Origin: Selaginella moellendorffii
Taxonomy: Eukaryota; Plantae; Lycopodiophyta
Direction: 5' to 3'
Length of the DNA stretch: 64,000 nt
Assembly: GCF_000143415.4 (NCBI RefSeq)
Contig: NW_003314280.1
Coordinates: 2,238,611 to 2,302,610, forward strand
This document shows, in pieces, positions 25,205 through 38,305 of the stretch; within the stretch, counting starts at the first letter, position 1, and each line of letters starts with the position of its first letter. The notes under the pieces are model-generated. The model had not been told where the DNA came from and searched no databases. It saw only the letters and a list, made by a program, of their open reading frames with translations. The translations under genes and the position numbers were made by a program.

Positions 25205-28200
25205 CTAGTCCTCCATGAAGATATCTCCCGCCCCACCACGTCCCTTTCGCAGGTCCTCGCGAATTTCCTCCTCCCTCTCCTTTAACTCCTTTACCATGGC
25301 CTGGATTTGCAGCAGTTCCCGCTCCAGCCTCTTAAACTTGGACGGGTCAGCTTGCTGCTGCTGCTGCTTCTTTGTTGCAACGCCGTTGACGTGAATCTCA
25401 ACGGTGCCGTTTGCGACGCAGTCGAAAGAATGCCCGTTGTCCATCGTCGTCACCATCGTCCCTGCGTTTTTCCCGCTGGCCAGATAGCTATCCATTTGCT
25501 TGGACGCGGCCAGTATCAGCCCTGGCAATATTCGAGGCGCATTGTCAGCAAACTGGACAAGGTGGATGGAAACGTAACGCCAACTTACCCAGGAAAACGG
25601 GGGATGGCTTCCCCGGTCGCGACTTAAACTCGGGATGAAACTGCACACCCACGAAGTACTTGTGTTCTGGCAGCTCGACAATCTGGAAAGCGGTGGGGTG
25701 TGAGTTATGAACAAACTGGAGAGCAGGACTGACTCACTGACTCACCTCCATGCGCCTGCCAGTCTCGTCTTTGCCGACGAACGTGAGGCCGGCTTCCTCG
25801 AGCCTGTCAACAAGCTCCGGGTTTACCTGTACAGATTGGAAGCAATGGTACAAAGAGACAGATGGTTAAAGCTTACCTCGTAACGATGTCGATGTCGCTC
25901 ATCCACAAAAGACTCGTTACCGTACCTGAACAAAGAAAGTTTAGCATGCTGTTACGAACGAGTAAACAATTGCCTTACAGCTTAGATGTAAGACAGTTTG
26001 GCTTCTGAAAGAATGTCCTCCTCACACCCAGCCTCATCGTTCCACCTTTGTGAGTCCTAGATATCTACAGGAAGTATTTAAATCGCATGCTAATGAGAGA
26101 AATAATATATATACCTCAGGCATGTACAGAACACATGGATGCGGTGTTGCAGGATCAAACTCAGTGCTATTCGCGCCGTCGAGGCCAAGGACCTAGTGGA
26201 CCAGTGAAAAAACAACAATTAGAAGATTAAAAAATTACTTGTAACTTACTGAGCGTGCAAACTCAATCACTGCAATTTGCATGCCGAGGCAAACTCCAAG
26301 GTAAGGAACATTGTTTTCTCGAGCATATTTTGCAGCCAAAACCTTCCCTTGTGTTCCTCGATCTCCAAATCCTCCAGGAACCAGAATACCGTCAACACTC
26401 TAAGAAAACACTATCAAGACCAAAAAAACTCAAGATAAACAACGACACAAACTTTTAACGCGGCCCATGCGGCATCATGTAAGTCTCTGGGCGAACCATC
26501 CTCCAAGTCCGTTGACGCAACCCACTCAATCACTAATTTTCTCCCACAGGCAAGTGACGCATGTGTAAGAGCCTGCAATGCTTTGATGAGATTAGATAGA
26601 TGATCAACAAATACCTTTAGAACAGAAAGATAGGAGTCAGATAATCCAGTGTACTTGCCAACCATACCAATCTTGACCTACAAAAATCACATCTTTTAGC
26701 TTACAAGCTAGCATCTGGCGACAAAGATAGTTAACAGGTATCGATAGGGCGTCTGATCGCTCGGCTCTCTGTGTCCATTCAGACAGCTCAGGCTGCGGTG
26801 CAGAACTGGGATAAAGTAAAGACAAATTAGCCACGAATGATCCAACAATCACACGTCCAAACCTCAGGTTCAGCTTTTTCAAAATAGCTAGATGAACATT
26901 TTGATCCTACAACAGAACGTAGTTAGCATTCCTGAAAATGAAGAAAGCAATCCTTACTCTTAGTAGTAAAGGCACATGCCAGATATTTGACACGTCGTGG
27001 ATACTGAGTATATGTCCGGCCTGAAAGAAACAAAGAAAGGGAGAAAAAGTTTTTAGAAAGCTGGAAAAGACAGTGAACATAAAAAGACGCACCGGAACGT
27101 GGCAAAATTGCGAAAGCTTTTCCCTTGTGCACTGCTCCAGTGGCTACAGAGAAACTTTTAAACCGTTTGAATAAAGCTGACCCATGCTAAGGCTGAAGTT
27201 TGTTACCTTCGCGCTTCTACACCCAAGTAAATCGGGCGTCAGTCCTAAAGCTCGAAGAGCCTGGACGCTATGCTGTGTCGGTTTGGTTTTCTGAAAGCGA
27301 TCAAAATATTTTTCTTCAGTGATAGCTTTCAGAAGACAACATCGTTACCTGTTCTCCAACAACACCGAGGACAGGGATAAGACTGACGTGAACGAGGCAG
27401 AAATTCTCCTGTCCTGTTGAAACAGCAAACCGGAGAAACTGCGTAAAAAGCAATCCCGTCTTGCAGAAAGCCGACTTACCAACACGAAATTGGAACTGCC
27501 TTAACGCCTCAACAAATGGCGACGACTCGATGTCACCTGTACACGCGAGTCACAACACGAGAAATCATGAGAAAGGCCGAACCCACCAATTGTTCCCCCT
27601 AGCTCGATCACGCACACGTCCGCTGCACCTTCTTTCCCATCGACAGGCACAACCGCGACACGTTCGATCCACTCTTGGATCTCGACAGTTATATGCGGGA
27701 CAACCTTGCAAAACAATCCATTGGCCACTTGAAAGGAATGCAAACTTACAAAGTCACGCTCACCTGAACGGTCTTCCCAAGGTAATCGCCCCTCCTTTCG
27801 GCATCGATGACGGACTGCCAGACGCAGGCAAGTTTCGTGAAAAACCAAAAGCAATAGACTTTGATACCTGGTAGATTTTTCCAGTGGTGATGTTGTTGTT
27901 CTTCGTCAGAGTCACGTCCAAGAAGCGCTCGTAGTTCCCGAGGTCCAAATCCACCTGCATGTCACGAGGATTACATGGAAGGAGAGACCAAAATCTCATA
28001 GTGTGAAAGCAAGGACAACAAACGAACCTCCCCTCCATCGTCCAAAACGAAAACTTCCCCATGCTCGAATGGAGACATCGTCCCGGCATCGGTATTGAGA
28101 TAAGGGTCTAGAAAGCATCGATGAGAAAGCAGCAATGAGATGAAACAACGATCCAAGAAGCGAGAATACGCACCGATTTTGATGGAAGTCACGCGCAGGC

Positions 28201-28291
28201 CGCAGGATTGGAGGACAACGCCAATGCTGCTGGCAGTGACGCCCTTGCCGAGGCCGCTGACAACACCGCCGGTGACGATCACGTATTTCAT
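25205..28291 (-). CDS. CTPS: CTP synthase (many short exons)
   Basis: [68 protein letters not shown]. Confidence 0.97.
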
Positions 28292-29029
28292 CCTCGCAGC
28301 CGCCCTCCAAAAACCCTGCTTTTCGGCTATAGAACCCTAAATCAAAGAACGCGGTCCCTCCTCCCGGCAAAACCCCCTCTTTCAAACAAATATCTCTCTC
28401 TTTCAATCCTTTTTCTTTTCTTTTTTTTTTCTGTTTTTATTTCTTTCCAAGCTTGCCTCTTCGAGAACATCGATTCCGAATCGTCTCTTATTTTTTCTGT
28501 CCCGTGCGATCGTTTTGTTTTAGGCGTGTTGACTGGCGACGACTTATTCTAACCTCGTCAAATAGTATAATAAAAAGAGATTAGTATTAGCTTGTAAACC
28601 AGCCTTTGTTCATAGGCCTTGGGACGTTCTTGTCTTGGGCCCTTCGCTCCAAAATGGACCTCGTCCTTAGATTTTCTCTCCGTCCCAGCGCGCTCCAGCT
28701 GCTCTAGAATCCATGCCTCTCTTCTTCTTTTTTTTCTCTCGGCGAGTTCGGCCGTCTCTGCCTCAATCATCGCTACAAATGCTGCTCTAGAGACGGATTA
28801 AAGAACCTTCCTTCGAAAATAGTGTGACGATGGATCTCTCTCTGATCGCCTTCGTACAGTCTCCCGCATTGATCTCTCCTGATCCTGATCAGCACAAAAT
28901 AAGTTTGATCGGTATTCTTTTCTCGTTTCCACCTTGCTCTTGTCCATGCTCTTGCCAGGCTGCGCTCGTTCTCAGAGACAGATGCGAACTAAAAATCAAG
29001 ATCACGCTTCTGGAAAAAAGCTATAGACC

Positions 29030-29117
29030 ACCTGGTAGATGTTCGTCACGTCTACGAAGCGCTCGTCCGGAGGTCCAAATCCACCTGCACGTCACGAGGA
29101 AGATAGCAAACGAAAAC
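29030..29117 (-). pseudogene. Small degenerate copy of a CTPS exon plus intron flank
   Basis: GAGGTCCAAATCCACCTGCA.GTCACGAGGA and CCTGGTAGAT match 27866-27970 with deletions. Confidence 0.8.
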
Positions 29118-29216
29118 AAAAATTTCTTGGTGTGGAGAAACAAACGTATTACATTTATATAGAAAACCACGCAACACAAACATGTATAGAAACCATAGTA
29201 GTAAGGTGGACGCGGC

Positions 29217-30200
29217 TTATTTCTCGTTGCGCATGGATGGATTGTTTGCTAGATAGCGCAGTAGAGTTGACGATCTACTAGCAGTAACGATCTCGAACTT
29301 TCCCGCTTGATCCTGACCATTCTGCCGGAGCACGTAGCAATGGCAAGTGCCTCCGGTACAAGCATCCTGCCATCCCGCATGTTGCATCATGAGCTTAATA
29401 GCGCCAATGTGGAAGCTCCAGCGGCTTGTAGAAGAGGCGATCAAGGTTGACGCGCTCATTCATCTCCCTCTGTGAGATACAGTAGGCTGGAACAGCTCCA
29501 CTTCCCATGGCACAGACATTCCTCTTCTCGATTTTGATGTCGTCTCCCAGTCCCACGATCGTCAGGATTTCCTCGCTGCTGATGATGACTCCACCGTGCT
29601 GTGCAAGGTATGGTTGACGAGCACGGCGCAGCTCGTCGGCGGAGTTGGAGGCCTCAAGCATCTTCTCCAGCACCCTGACCTTGGCGACGTGGCCTCCAAA
29701 GACGGCCCAGAGCGTCCCGTTCGCGATCGGGATCGCCTTCTCCCTTTTTTCGTCGATCACTGGCGGGAGAAAATCTTCCCAGGACCTGAACTGCAGAAAC
29801 CCGGCGATGCTTTCGATCTGGTTGAGCTCGGCCACAGCGGCAAAGACCGGCTGTGAGACGCTGGAGCAGCGTTAAGGGAAGAAGGCCTTTCGAACTCGAG
29901 ACCACGGTGGCGAACCATTTCTGGCCAGGGATGACGCTGGGATCGCTTCCAAGATAAACACCCCACAAGGGAGGGCGAGCGAGTGGCGCGGCCATCGACA
30001 AACAGCATCGTTCCTCCGAGGAACCGGCGAGCCAAGATCATGGTGCCCGTCGTCCGCAAAGCAACTCCTCCTCCAGCGCTCACCTCGCTCGCGAATCCAC
30101 TGACGCTGCCGTTGCCGTCGGCCGCGATCCCCCGATCACATCCTCCCTGCGCCGCGAGGAGAGGCGAAAGAGGGAAATCGAGGACGTGAGGAACCGCCAT
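29217..30200 (-). pseudogene. Divergent proteasome beta5-like Ntn-hydrolase gene with a disrupted reading frame
   Basis: Propeptide then G|TMILARRFLGGTMLFVDGRAT (T1/D17/R19 spacing of beta5), EKAIPI...FGG, AMGSG...AY, and HAGWQDACTGG in another frame. Confidence 0.7.
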
Positions 30201-30517
30201 GGAGAGAAGAAAAGAAGGAAGATTTCTCGCGCTGGAGAGCAAGAGAGAAGACGAAAACCCTAGCTAGAGCTCGCTGGAGCGCAAGACGCAAAGATGTGGC
30301 CTAGGATTCATGAACCTGGAACTTCAAACGTGAGAATATTCGCTCATTCCTACGCCCGCTCCGTACCAACGACTATTTCGTACATATCCTGGATATGGTT
30401 AGTTATGCCTTTTCTGACAAAATATTCTAAGAATATGTGTACCTAATTTAGGTCTATTAAACCTAATTTGACCATGACCGGGAATATACAAGACTTTGAC
30501 GGTAGTCAACGTAGGCG

Positions 30518-31768
30518 ATGGCTCACTTGAGCAGCGCCGGCGCCTTCGCTTCAGTGGATTCAATCCACAAGGACACCTGCAGGGCGGCCATCCTGCGCCT
30601 CCGCCGCGTCAAGGGATTTGGAAAGTATAGGTTGGCGGACGACGAGCGCCTGCAGGCTTGGTTTCCCGCAACACAATCGCATCTGGAGCTTCAGGCCGAT
30701 GCGGACAGCCGCCTCGGCGTCTCCCGTCCCGTCTCCTACATCGGCGGCTTCCTGCTCCTGGAGATGGAGCGCGAGAACGAGATACGCCTGGCGCTGAAAC
30801 CCATGGACAGTCAAGGATCCGGAAAGCTGGTCTCGTTGCTGCCACCACTTCACGCACCTCCCAGGCTCCAGCACGCGGCCACCAGTGCTGCTTACAGAGT
30901 GCATGTCGATGCCACGTTTCCGTTCTGGCGGATCTCGGCCATGGAGAGGATCGATGCATTGTGCAGCATCAGCAGCATTCTTCCATGGGTGGCAACCATC
31001 GACGGCCTCGCCGAGACGTGGGCTGTGCACGAGGGGATCCAGGCGGATATGGTTCCCAGGCATGTCCCCGGCTACGCAGGCCTGAGCCTGGATTCGTGCG
31101 CCTACTTCTCAAGGCGAACCGGCGACGACGAGGTCAGCCTCTTCATCTACGACATGATCAATTGTCCGAGATGGTCAGTGCTCACGGTTCCGGCTCCCGA
31201 ACGCCACATGGAACAGGCCCAGCAGACAACATCGCACAAGTTCTTCTCGTACAAGGGGCGCCTGCTCTTGGCATGCGTTTCGTGCAGCTACTTCTGGGCG
31301 TCGCCTTTGCTGGAGGTGTGGGAGTTCTGCCCCGTGAAGAGGCACTGGTACAGGAGGAGCTCGCCGTTTGCGATGGCTGAATGCAAGGCCGCCCGTCGCC
31401 ACCGGGGTCTTGCTAAAACCAGGAGCAGTCGAGTGAAGAGCTCAAGCGATGTCTTCCTTGAAAGGCATCCCGATGGTATCGAGTCGTATGGCATCGAGTC
31501 GTGGAGAGCCGTGGATGGCCGGAACGCCGCGGTCTTCAAGCTGGATGGCAACTTCCTCATTGCGTTTCCTCACAGGACTAGCGCGCGGCCCATCCAGGAC
31601 GCGAATTCTCGCGAGAGGGTGAGGGTGGAGCGGGACTTTGTGGATCCGGACTCTTACATAAGACATGACAAAGCGGCTTTTCTTCCAGTGGCATACAACT
31701 TGGACACGGACGAATGGATCAAGATGGCTGGCTATGACAGTGATTTTGTCTATGAGCTCGTCTGTTAA
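30518..31768 (+). CDS. F-box/kelch-associated beta-propeller-like protein, intronless, 416 aa; F-box degenerate or absent
   Basis: Long GC3-rich ORF; YKGRLLLA, LEVWEF...W and VAYNLDTDEW resemble C-termini of plant F-box proteins. Confidence 0.6.
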   Translation: MAHLSSAGAFASVDSIHKDTCRAAILRLRRVKGFGKYRLADDERLQAWFPATQSHLELQADADSRLGVSRPVSYIGGFLLLEMERENEIRLALKPMDSQGSGKLVSLLPPLHAPPRLQHAATSAAYRVHVDATFPFWRISAMERIDALCSISSILPWVATIDGLAETWAVHEGIQADMVPRHVPGYAGLSLDSCAYFSRRTGDDEVSLFIYDMINCPRWSVLTVPAPERHMEQAQQTTSHKFFSYKGRLLLACVSCSYFWASPLLEVWEFCPVKRHWYRRSSPFAMAECKAARRHRGLAKTRSSRVKSSSDVFLERHPDGIESYGIESWRAVDGRNAAVFKLDGNFLIAFPHRTSARPIQDANSRERVRVERDFVDPDSYIRHDKAAFLPVAYNLDTDEWIKMAGYDSDFVYELVC

Positions 31769-31825
31769 TCAAAGAAAATTCTCACTCTTCCTTTATACTA
31801 CGTAATATGTCGCTTTGATCGATCG

Positions 31826-33715
31826 TCAAAGAGCCGGGAGATTGAGAGACGGTGGCAGCAGCATCGCGATGGAGAACGTAAACAGCGCAATGATGGAGAT
31901 GGCCAGCCACGCCAGGAACTGGTGGAGTGGGAACGTCTGCCTCACAGCATACGACCAGATTGTGCCGCCAAAGGCCGGGCCGACGGCGCGGAAGAAGCTG
32001 CACAGGCTGTGGCTCAGCCCCATCACTGCTCCCATGTTCCCGGAGCTCGCCGAGTTGCTGATGAGGACCAAGACCCCGGTGAAAGTCGTGCACGCGATGG
32101 CGCTGCGAGCGGCCATTGCGACGGCGAGGAGCGTCCACTGCGCTGGCCGGGCGTGGGAGAGGAGCGATGCCGCCGGGAAGACGAGCCAGAGAGGGACCGA
32201 GGTGATCAGTCCCAGCCGGAAGCAGTTGAGAGGCCCGAGCTTCTGGGAGACGAGCGGATAGAGGAGGAGAGTGTAGAGGAAGAGGACGACTCCTCCCTCC
32301 CCGAGGATCAGTCCCAGAGAGGAGGAGCTCAGTCCCAGTCCTCCCACTCGCTCCGAGGCGGCTCCAAAGATCGGGAAGAGCTCATCTGGATAGAAAAGAA
32401 CCTTGAGATAGAAGAACTCGAGAAAGTTGACGAACCTGTTGTGATGAATATCAGCCCTGTTAGCGAGTAGCAGAAGGACGTCAAGAGCACGTTCCGGTCT
32501 CTTAGCAGTGGCACAGTTCTGTTTTTGTCGTCGCTGGTTCCGTCCGGGATCACGACGAACTTTGTGCTCTCGTCTTCGTCGCCGGATTCAGTCACCTTGA
32601 TGCTCGGATCCGTGCCCATTTCGAGAACACACTGGTGGCAGTCTTCCTTGGGCTTTGAACCGTTCACCTGGACGTAAGGTACTCGGTTGGGCCTCGTCTC
32701 TCGCAAACTCAGGGAGGCAAAAACCGCAGCTGTCGAGAAGATAGCCGCAGCAACACAAGGGAGAAGGAAGGGGTAGCTTGTAAGGATACGAGGACAGCTC
32801 CGGATTCCATATTGTGAGCAAGGCTGAGCTAGGAGCCCGGATAAAACTGGGCCAGCGACCGAGCCAATTCCCCATGCCAAGTTCAATATGCCAAACCCCT
32901 TGGCTTTGTTCGACCTGTTGAGACGGAGCTGCGTGAGGACGCTGACTGTGACAACCAAAACTTTACTTACGTTACAACACGATGCTTACCCATCACAGAT
33001 TTCTCCAAGCACCGATTTTGTAATGGTCATTGTACCGTTGAGGAGACCGCCAACAAATCTTACAATACAGGCAGACGTGTATCGCTGGCATAAACCCAGC
33101 AACAGTGCGGAAACTGCAGAGACAATGTTTCCAAACGCAAGCCATGGCTGGAAAACAAAATCGTCAGTACATGAAAACTTTCCAGTTGAAGCCAACCTTT
33201 CTTCCTGTAGAATCCGACACGGTACCCCACAATATGGAGGTGCAAAACTGTGCCAGTGGGAACAGAGAGGCCTAAAAAGAAATGAGACATCAGACATATC
33301 TTTACATGAGGCAGCAGCTACCAGGATCCCAGCATATTGCCCGGCTGTGTGAGAGGAGCGACTACCGACGTGATAGTGCTCGACCATGAAAACCAGCTGC
33401 ATAGAGCTCAAAGTAAGCACCGGAACGTGTTTCAGTAAAAGCCTTACCATCGGGAACAACATGGTCGTCTGGAAAGCCTGACTTGCATGAATAATCCTAA
33501 AACCAAGAACAAGCACGAAAAGCAAGCTTCAGGAGCAGAACAGAACAGAAGATTTTTCAGATGAAATTACCAGATCATGAAAAGCTCCCATCTGGAAGGA
33601 GACGGTTTAGCATCATGAACATCTTGACTAGAATCAAGAGGACAAACCTGGGAAGGGGTGTAGCCAGCTTGAAGCTAGACTTTTCGTTCGAGTGCTCAAG
33701 CTCCAAGTCCCCCAT
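31826..33715 (-). CDS. ZIFL: Major facilitator superfamily transporter, zinc-induced-facilitator-like
   Basis: Spliced start MGDLE...TPLPRWELFMIW; YAGILV, RFVGGLLNG...KSVLGEICD, GPVLSGLLAQP, YPFLLPC, RAVGPAFGG. Confidence 0.85.
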
Positions 33716-34083
33716 CGATCAAGCCTCAATGAAGCTGCTAGAAGAAGCAGGCGCCACCTCCAAAGCGGACGATCATCACTGGCAAACAGAAGGACGCCAG
33801 ATGCGATGCATGCATGCAACCGGAGGCGGATGCTCTGGAGCAACCAAGCCAGCGCCAACCGCTTTGGGGAAGAAGACTGTTACTCTGTTTTGCAGTTTAC
33901 CATCTGCATTCACATGCGTAAAAAAGGAGACGTCGCATCGGTTAGGTCAATACCTTTGCGGTCACTCACGGGACGCCGCCATGCATTTCCCACGCCTCAA
34001 CAGGAAGACGTCAGCACACATACGTGAAAGTCTATTTACCGGGAGTTTTTTTTAAAGCGGGACACAGGCAACTCGCTCTTCTT

Positions 34084-37000
34084 CTAGGAGTGCCGCAGCG
34101 GTTCTACGTTCCATATTTCCTCTGCATACTCGCGGATGGTTCTGTCAGTGCTGAACTGTCCACAACCGGCGGTGCTTAGAATGCTCATCTCGGCCCACCG
34201 CTTCTTGTCGACAAATGCTTTGTCAACAGCAGCCTGCGCAGAAGCACCGAGTGTTTAAGGCACGAGAGTTGTCAAACGGAGAGCGTACCTGAGCTTCCAA
34301 GTAAGATGGAAAATCATGGCCTAGCAAGTAATAGTCGTCCCCAGCTCCGTCAATGGTGTCACATAACGGTTGGAAGTACTCTGCATTGCCAAATACTCCT
34401 TTGCGAATCATGCTGAGCAGCAGCAAAATATCATGCTTAATTCGAATATAGAGAAAAGCAATAAGATACTGTACCCGACCACACGGCGAAACTCCAATAC
34501 AGGTTGAAAATCTTTTTGCCCGGTTCGCAGCTCTGGGATATCCTCTGCGCTGGGACCAAAGAGGAACTAGCCAGAGTGCAAAGTTAAGAGCCATGCAAAA
34601 TGATAAAAGAGTGACAAACCATATTTTCGCTTCCTAATTCTTCTTGAATTTCAACATTGGAGCCATCCTTGGTCCCTACAATGAGACAGCCGTTCATCGC
34701 AAACTTCATGTTTCCTGTGCCACATGCCTCACTCCCAGCAGTGCTGCCAGCCAAAGAAAATTGAACTGTCCGAGGCATTTCTCTAGAAAAAAAAGCTTAC
34801 CTGAGGTGCTGGGATATATCACTTGCAGGTATTACAAGTTCTGCCATTGAGACATTATAGTCTGGAATGAAAATCTGCGTGTGCCAAAAGTGATGATCGA
34901 TCGAACTTTTGGATTTCATACTTACTAGCTTCAATAGGTCTCCCACATCGGGGTCATTATTTAGCTTGTCGCCAACAGCATGGATCAATTTTATTATCCT
35001 TTTTGCATTTTCATAGCCAGGGGCCGCTTTTCCTCCAAGTATGCAAACGCGAGGCACAACCTTTTTTCTGTCTTCTGCTGTCATATTCTACAGCATAAAA
35101 GAGTAAGAATGTGCAAAATAGTGAACTAAAAACAATGCACCTTAATGCAATCGTAGCGATGGATGATGCCGATAACATTCAAAAATTGCCTCTTGTACTC
35201 GTGAATGCGTTTGATTTGAACGTCAAACATTGCATCGACATTCACCTGCAGCCGAGATGAGAGTCAATGGAAGTTAAAGTATCACCCACCTTTGCACCGC
35301 TGATTATTTGTATATAGGCTGCTAGCCTTGACTTATTTGATCTTCTCACCTACAAACCATGAGATAAGCCTTTACCAGAGGAGCTACCAAAAGATACCTT
35401 CATCCACTGCTCTTGAAGATTATAATCATTAGCGTGGAGACGAAGGCCCAAGAGCAAGTCCAGCTCTTTAAGCCAAGCTTCTGTTCCTAGCCACTTAGTG
35501 ATCAACTGACTTAGATCCGGATTGCTGCATGCCATCCATCTCCTCTGTTTTACAGTAAACGTCAACGGCAGGGCAAAACAAATGCGGAATTTACCTGGGT
35601 AACACCATTTGTTTTGCACTGAAATTTGTGTGGCCACATATCATGAAAGTCCTGATAACACTCCTCGTCACAGATAATTCGGAGATCCAAGGAATGTACC
35701 TTAAATAGTGACGATTTAATGAACTCGAAGTGGCTTTTTGACACTCCGTTCACGGTATGACAGCTTACAAGCGCCAAATTTGCCATACGCACATTCTGCA
35801 AGTGGAACACTTGATCAAAGTTTGTTGAAGACAGCGACGCTTACTTTCTTCTCGCCTTCCTCGATAATAGATAATCTAGACAGACGAACAAGATCATCGC
35901 CAAATTTTTTCTTCATTTCCTCCATAAAATAGAAATTGATGCGATAGATTATCTGCAACACGCACCATGAGAAAAACTCAACAAAGATTCCAAAGAAAGA
36001 CCTGCAAATGGCGTGGCAGAAGGTTCTCTAAAAGCTCTAAAGGCCACTTTTCCAATGCTTCGGGGAGGATTGCGTGATTTGTAAAAGAGAAAACTTTAGT
36101 GGTTATTTCCCATGACTTCACCCAATCTAGCTTCTCCTCATCCAAAAGTATCCTCATCAGTTCTGCCACGCCAATGATTGGATGTGTATCATTTAGCTGA
36201 AAGGCAACCTGACATTTGGACAATTTGTAAGTTAATCATTCATTTTACCAAGATACCAACCTTTTGAGGAAAAGCCTCAAAATCGCAATGAAAATCTTTA
36301 TATCTTCGTACTACATCTTGTAAAGAAGCTGATACCAGGAAAAATTGCTGTTTCAACCGGAGCTCTTTGCCCTGTAGCATGCGTTGAGTTTACGAAAGAA
36401 AAGCATAAAAAATACAACCTGATATGTCCTATCGTCTGGGTAAAGAATACTGCTGATCGTCTCAGCTCGCTGCTTACTAAGCACTGCATTCACATAGTCG
36501 CCAGTACTAAAAGAGTCCTGAAACGGGAAGAAATTAAAGATCAAAATGATAAAGTTTACATAGCCACCTACTAGTTCAAGTTCGCCACTTGGTTTTGCAG
36601 CCCAGAGCCGCAGATTTATGGTATTTTTTGTACCATACCCGGGGATTGGATTGTCGTAGGCAACAGCTTCAACCTGTTAATCTAGTTAGTCTCATCGGAG
36701 AGAAATCAATATCTGTTTACCGTTTCCCCAGATGTCCAAATATATGTTTTCTTATTGTTCTCTTGTATTTCGTCCACATGACCATAGAACTGCCGGAATT
36801 CGTCAGATTAGAGCCTCCGCTTAGCAGGACTTCGACTAACCTTTACAGGATATGTTGTATGAACTCGCTGAATTTCCCATGGATTACCAAAATTTAACCA
36901 GTAATCGGGATGCTCGAGTTGGAACCCATCCTGTATAGTCTGCCTAAACATACCATATTCATATCTTAAACCGTAACTGCCAGAAAAAACAGTACGCTGT

Positions 37001-38215
37001 TTCGCAGTTCTTGAAACTAATACGTGCTTACCCCCAAGCAGGATAGTCTAGAGTCGCAAGCGAGTCTAAAAAACAAGCAGCAAGCCGGCCGAGTCCACCA
37101 TTTCCAAGAGCAGCATCTCTCTCCTGCAAAAGAAGAACAAAAGACAAAGAAAACCTGAGAAACTCTGTAAAACACACACACTATATACCTGCTCGACCAA
37201 AATTTCTAAATCGAACCCGAGCTGTTTCAAAGCATCCGCATACTGTCCCTTGACCCCGATATTGATGATACTGTTTAGCAACGAACGACCTGATTGCATG
37301 CAAAGGTTGAGTCATAACGCTCAAGAAGGCGACCTTGAAGAGAATGCTCACCCATGAGGAACTCCATTGAAAGATAATATATCCTTTTGGGGTCCTTTTC
37401 TCTCATAAGTGAATGCGTATCGTTCCATCTCTCGATCAGCCGGTCCCGCACGCTATAGGCAGTGGCCTAGACATGGAGACACGCGTCAGCCACAAGGATA
37501 GGCACGAAAAATCGACAAAACCAATATCACTTACCTGGTATGCTTCGAAGTCATCAAACCGGAATCGTGATCTCGCCAGAGTATACTCGGAGTGATCCAC
37601 GATGTTTTTCTGGATGCTAAACGTATCGTTCTTCAAGTACTGATCCATGAGCTTGTACATTCGCTCCATCTTGTGCCTAAACCCCGGATCCGAGCTAGGA
37701 GCGCCTGGAACGTACGACCTGACGATGAAATCCATGAGCGATGTTGCAAGGTTGCTCTTCTCCGCGGCATCCAGCTTCTTGTCCCTGGCATTCTTTACCA
37801 AAATCTTGAGGAACTGCACAGAAACCCCGTCGTCCATGGCATTCTCTTCGAGCTGGACCGTCGCCTCGGCAACCTTGAATCCCAGATTCTTCACAAGGGC
37901 CACTGCTCCTTGCAACACATCCAATCCCTTGTTCTTGACGCGAGCGGCGAGGAGGCAATCGCTCTCCCAGAAAACCGCCACTTCCCCGGCGGCATCCGAC
38001 GCGATCGTCCCTACCTTGGAATCCAGAGCGGCAAATCTCCCACTGCCGCTCGCCCCAATCTGCGTCACCGATCGCTGCGCCGCGATATTTCCATGCCCGA
38101 GCGGTGGATTCTGCCATATCCGTGGATGATCCGGCGAGGCAATGCCGGCGCGCTTGCTCCCACAGCCGTGATGCCGCCATGGAAGAATCGCGGCGACGCT
38201 CGCCACCCGCGCCAT
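34084..38215 (-). CDS. Alpha-glucan (glycogen/starch) phosphorylase with transit peptide and N-terminal ACT-like domain
   Basis: [50 protein letters not shown] (PLP lysine), [14 protein letters not shown]. Confidence 0.95.
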
Positions 38216-38305
38216 AGCCAGAGAGCTCCCTTTGCCACACTACCTAGACTACTCGATACACATGACAATGAGAAGCCACAAACTCCCCTAGCAAATATAT
38301 GTCGC

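Noticed and set aside
29395-29835. Horizontally acquired bacterial HslV
   Set aside because: The propeptide, N-terminal register and D..TGG tail fit eukaryotic beta5 better; transfer cannot be supported without a phylogeny.
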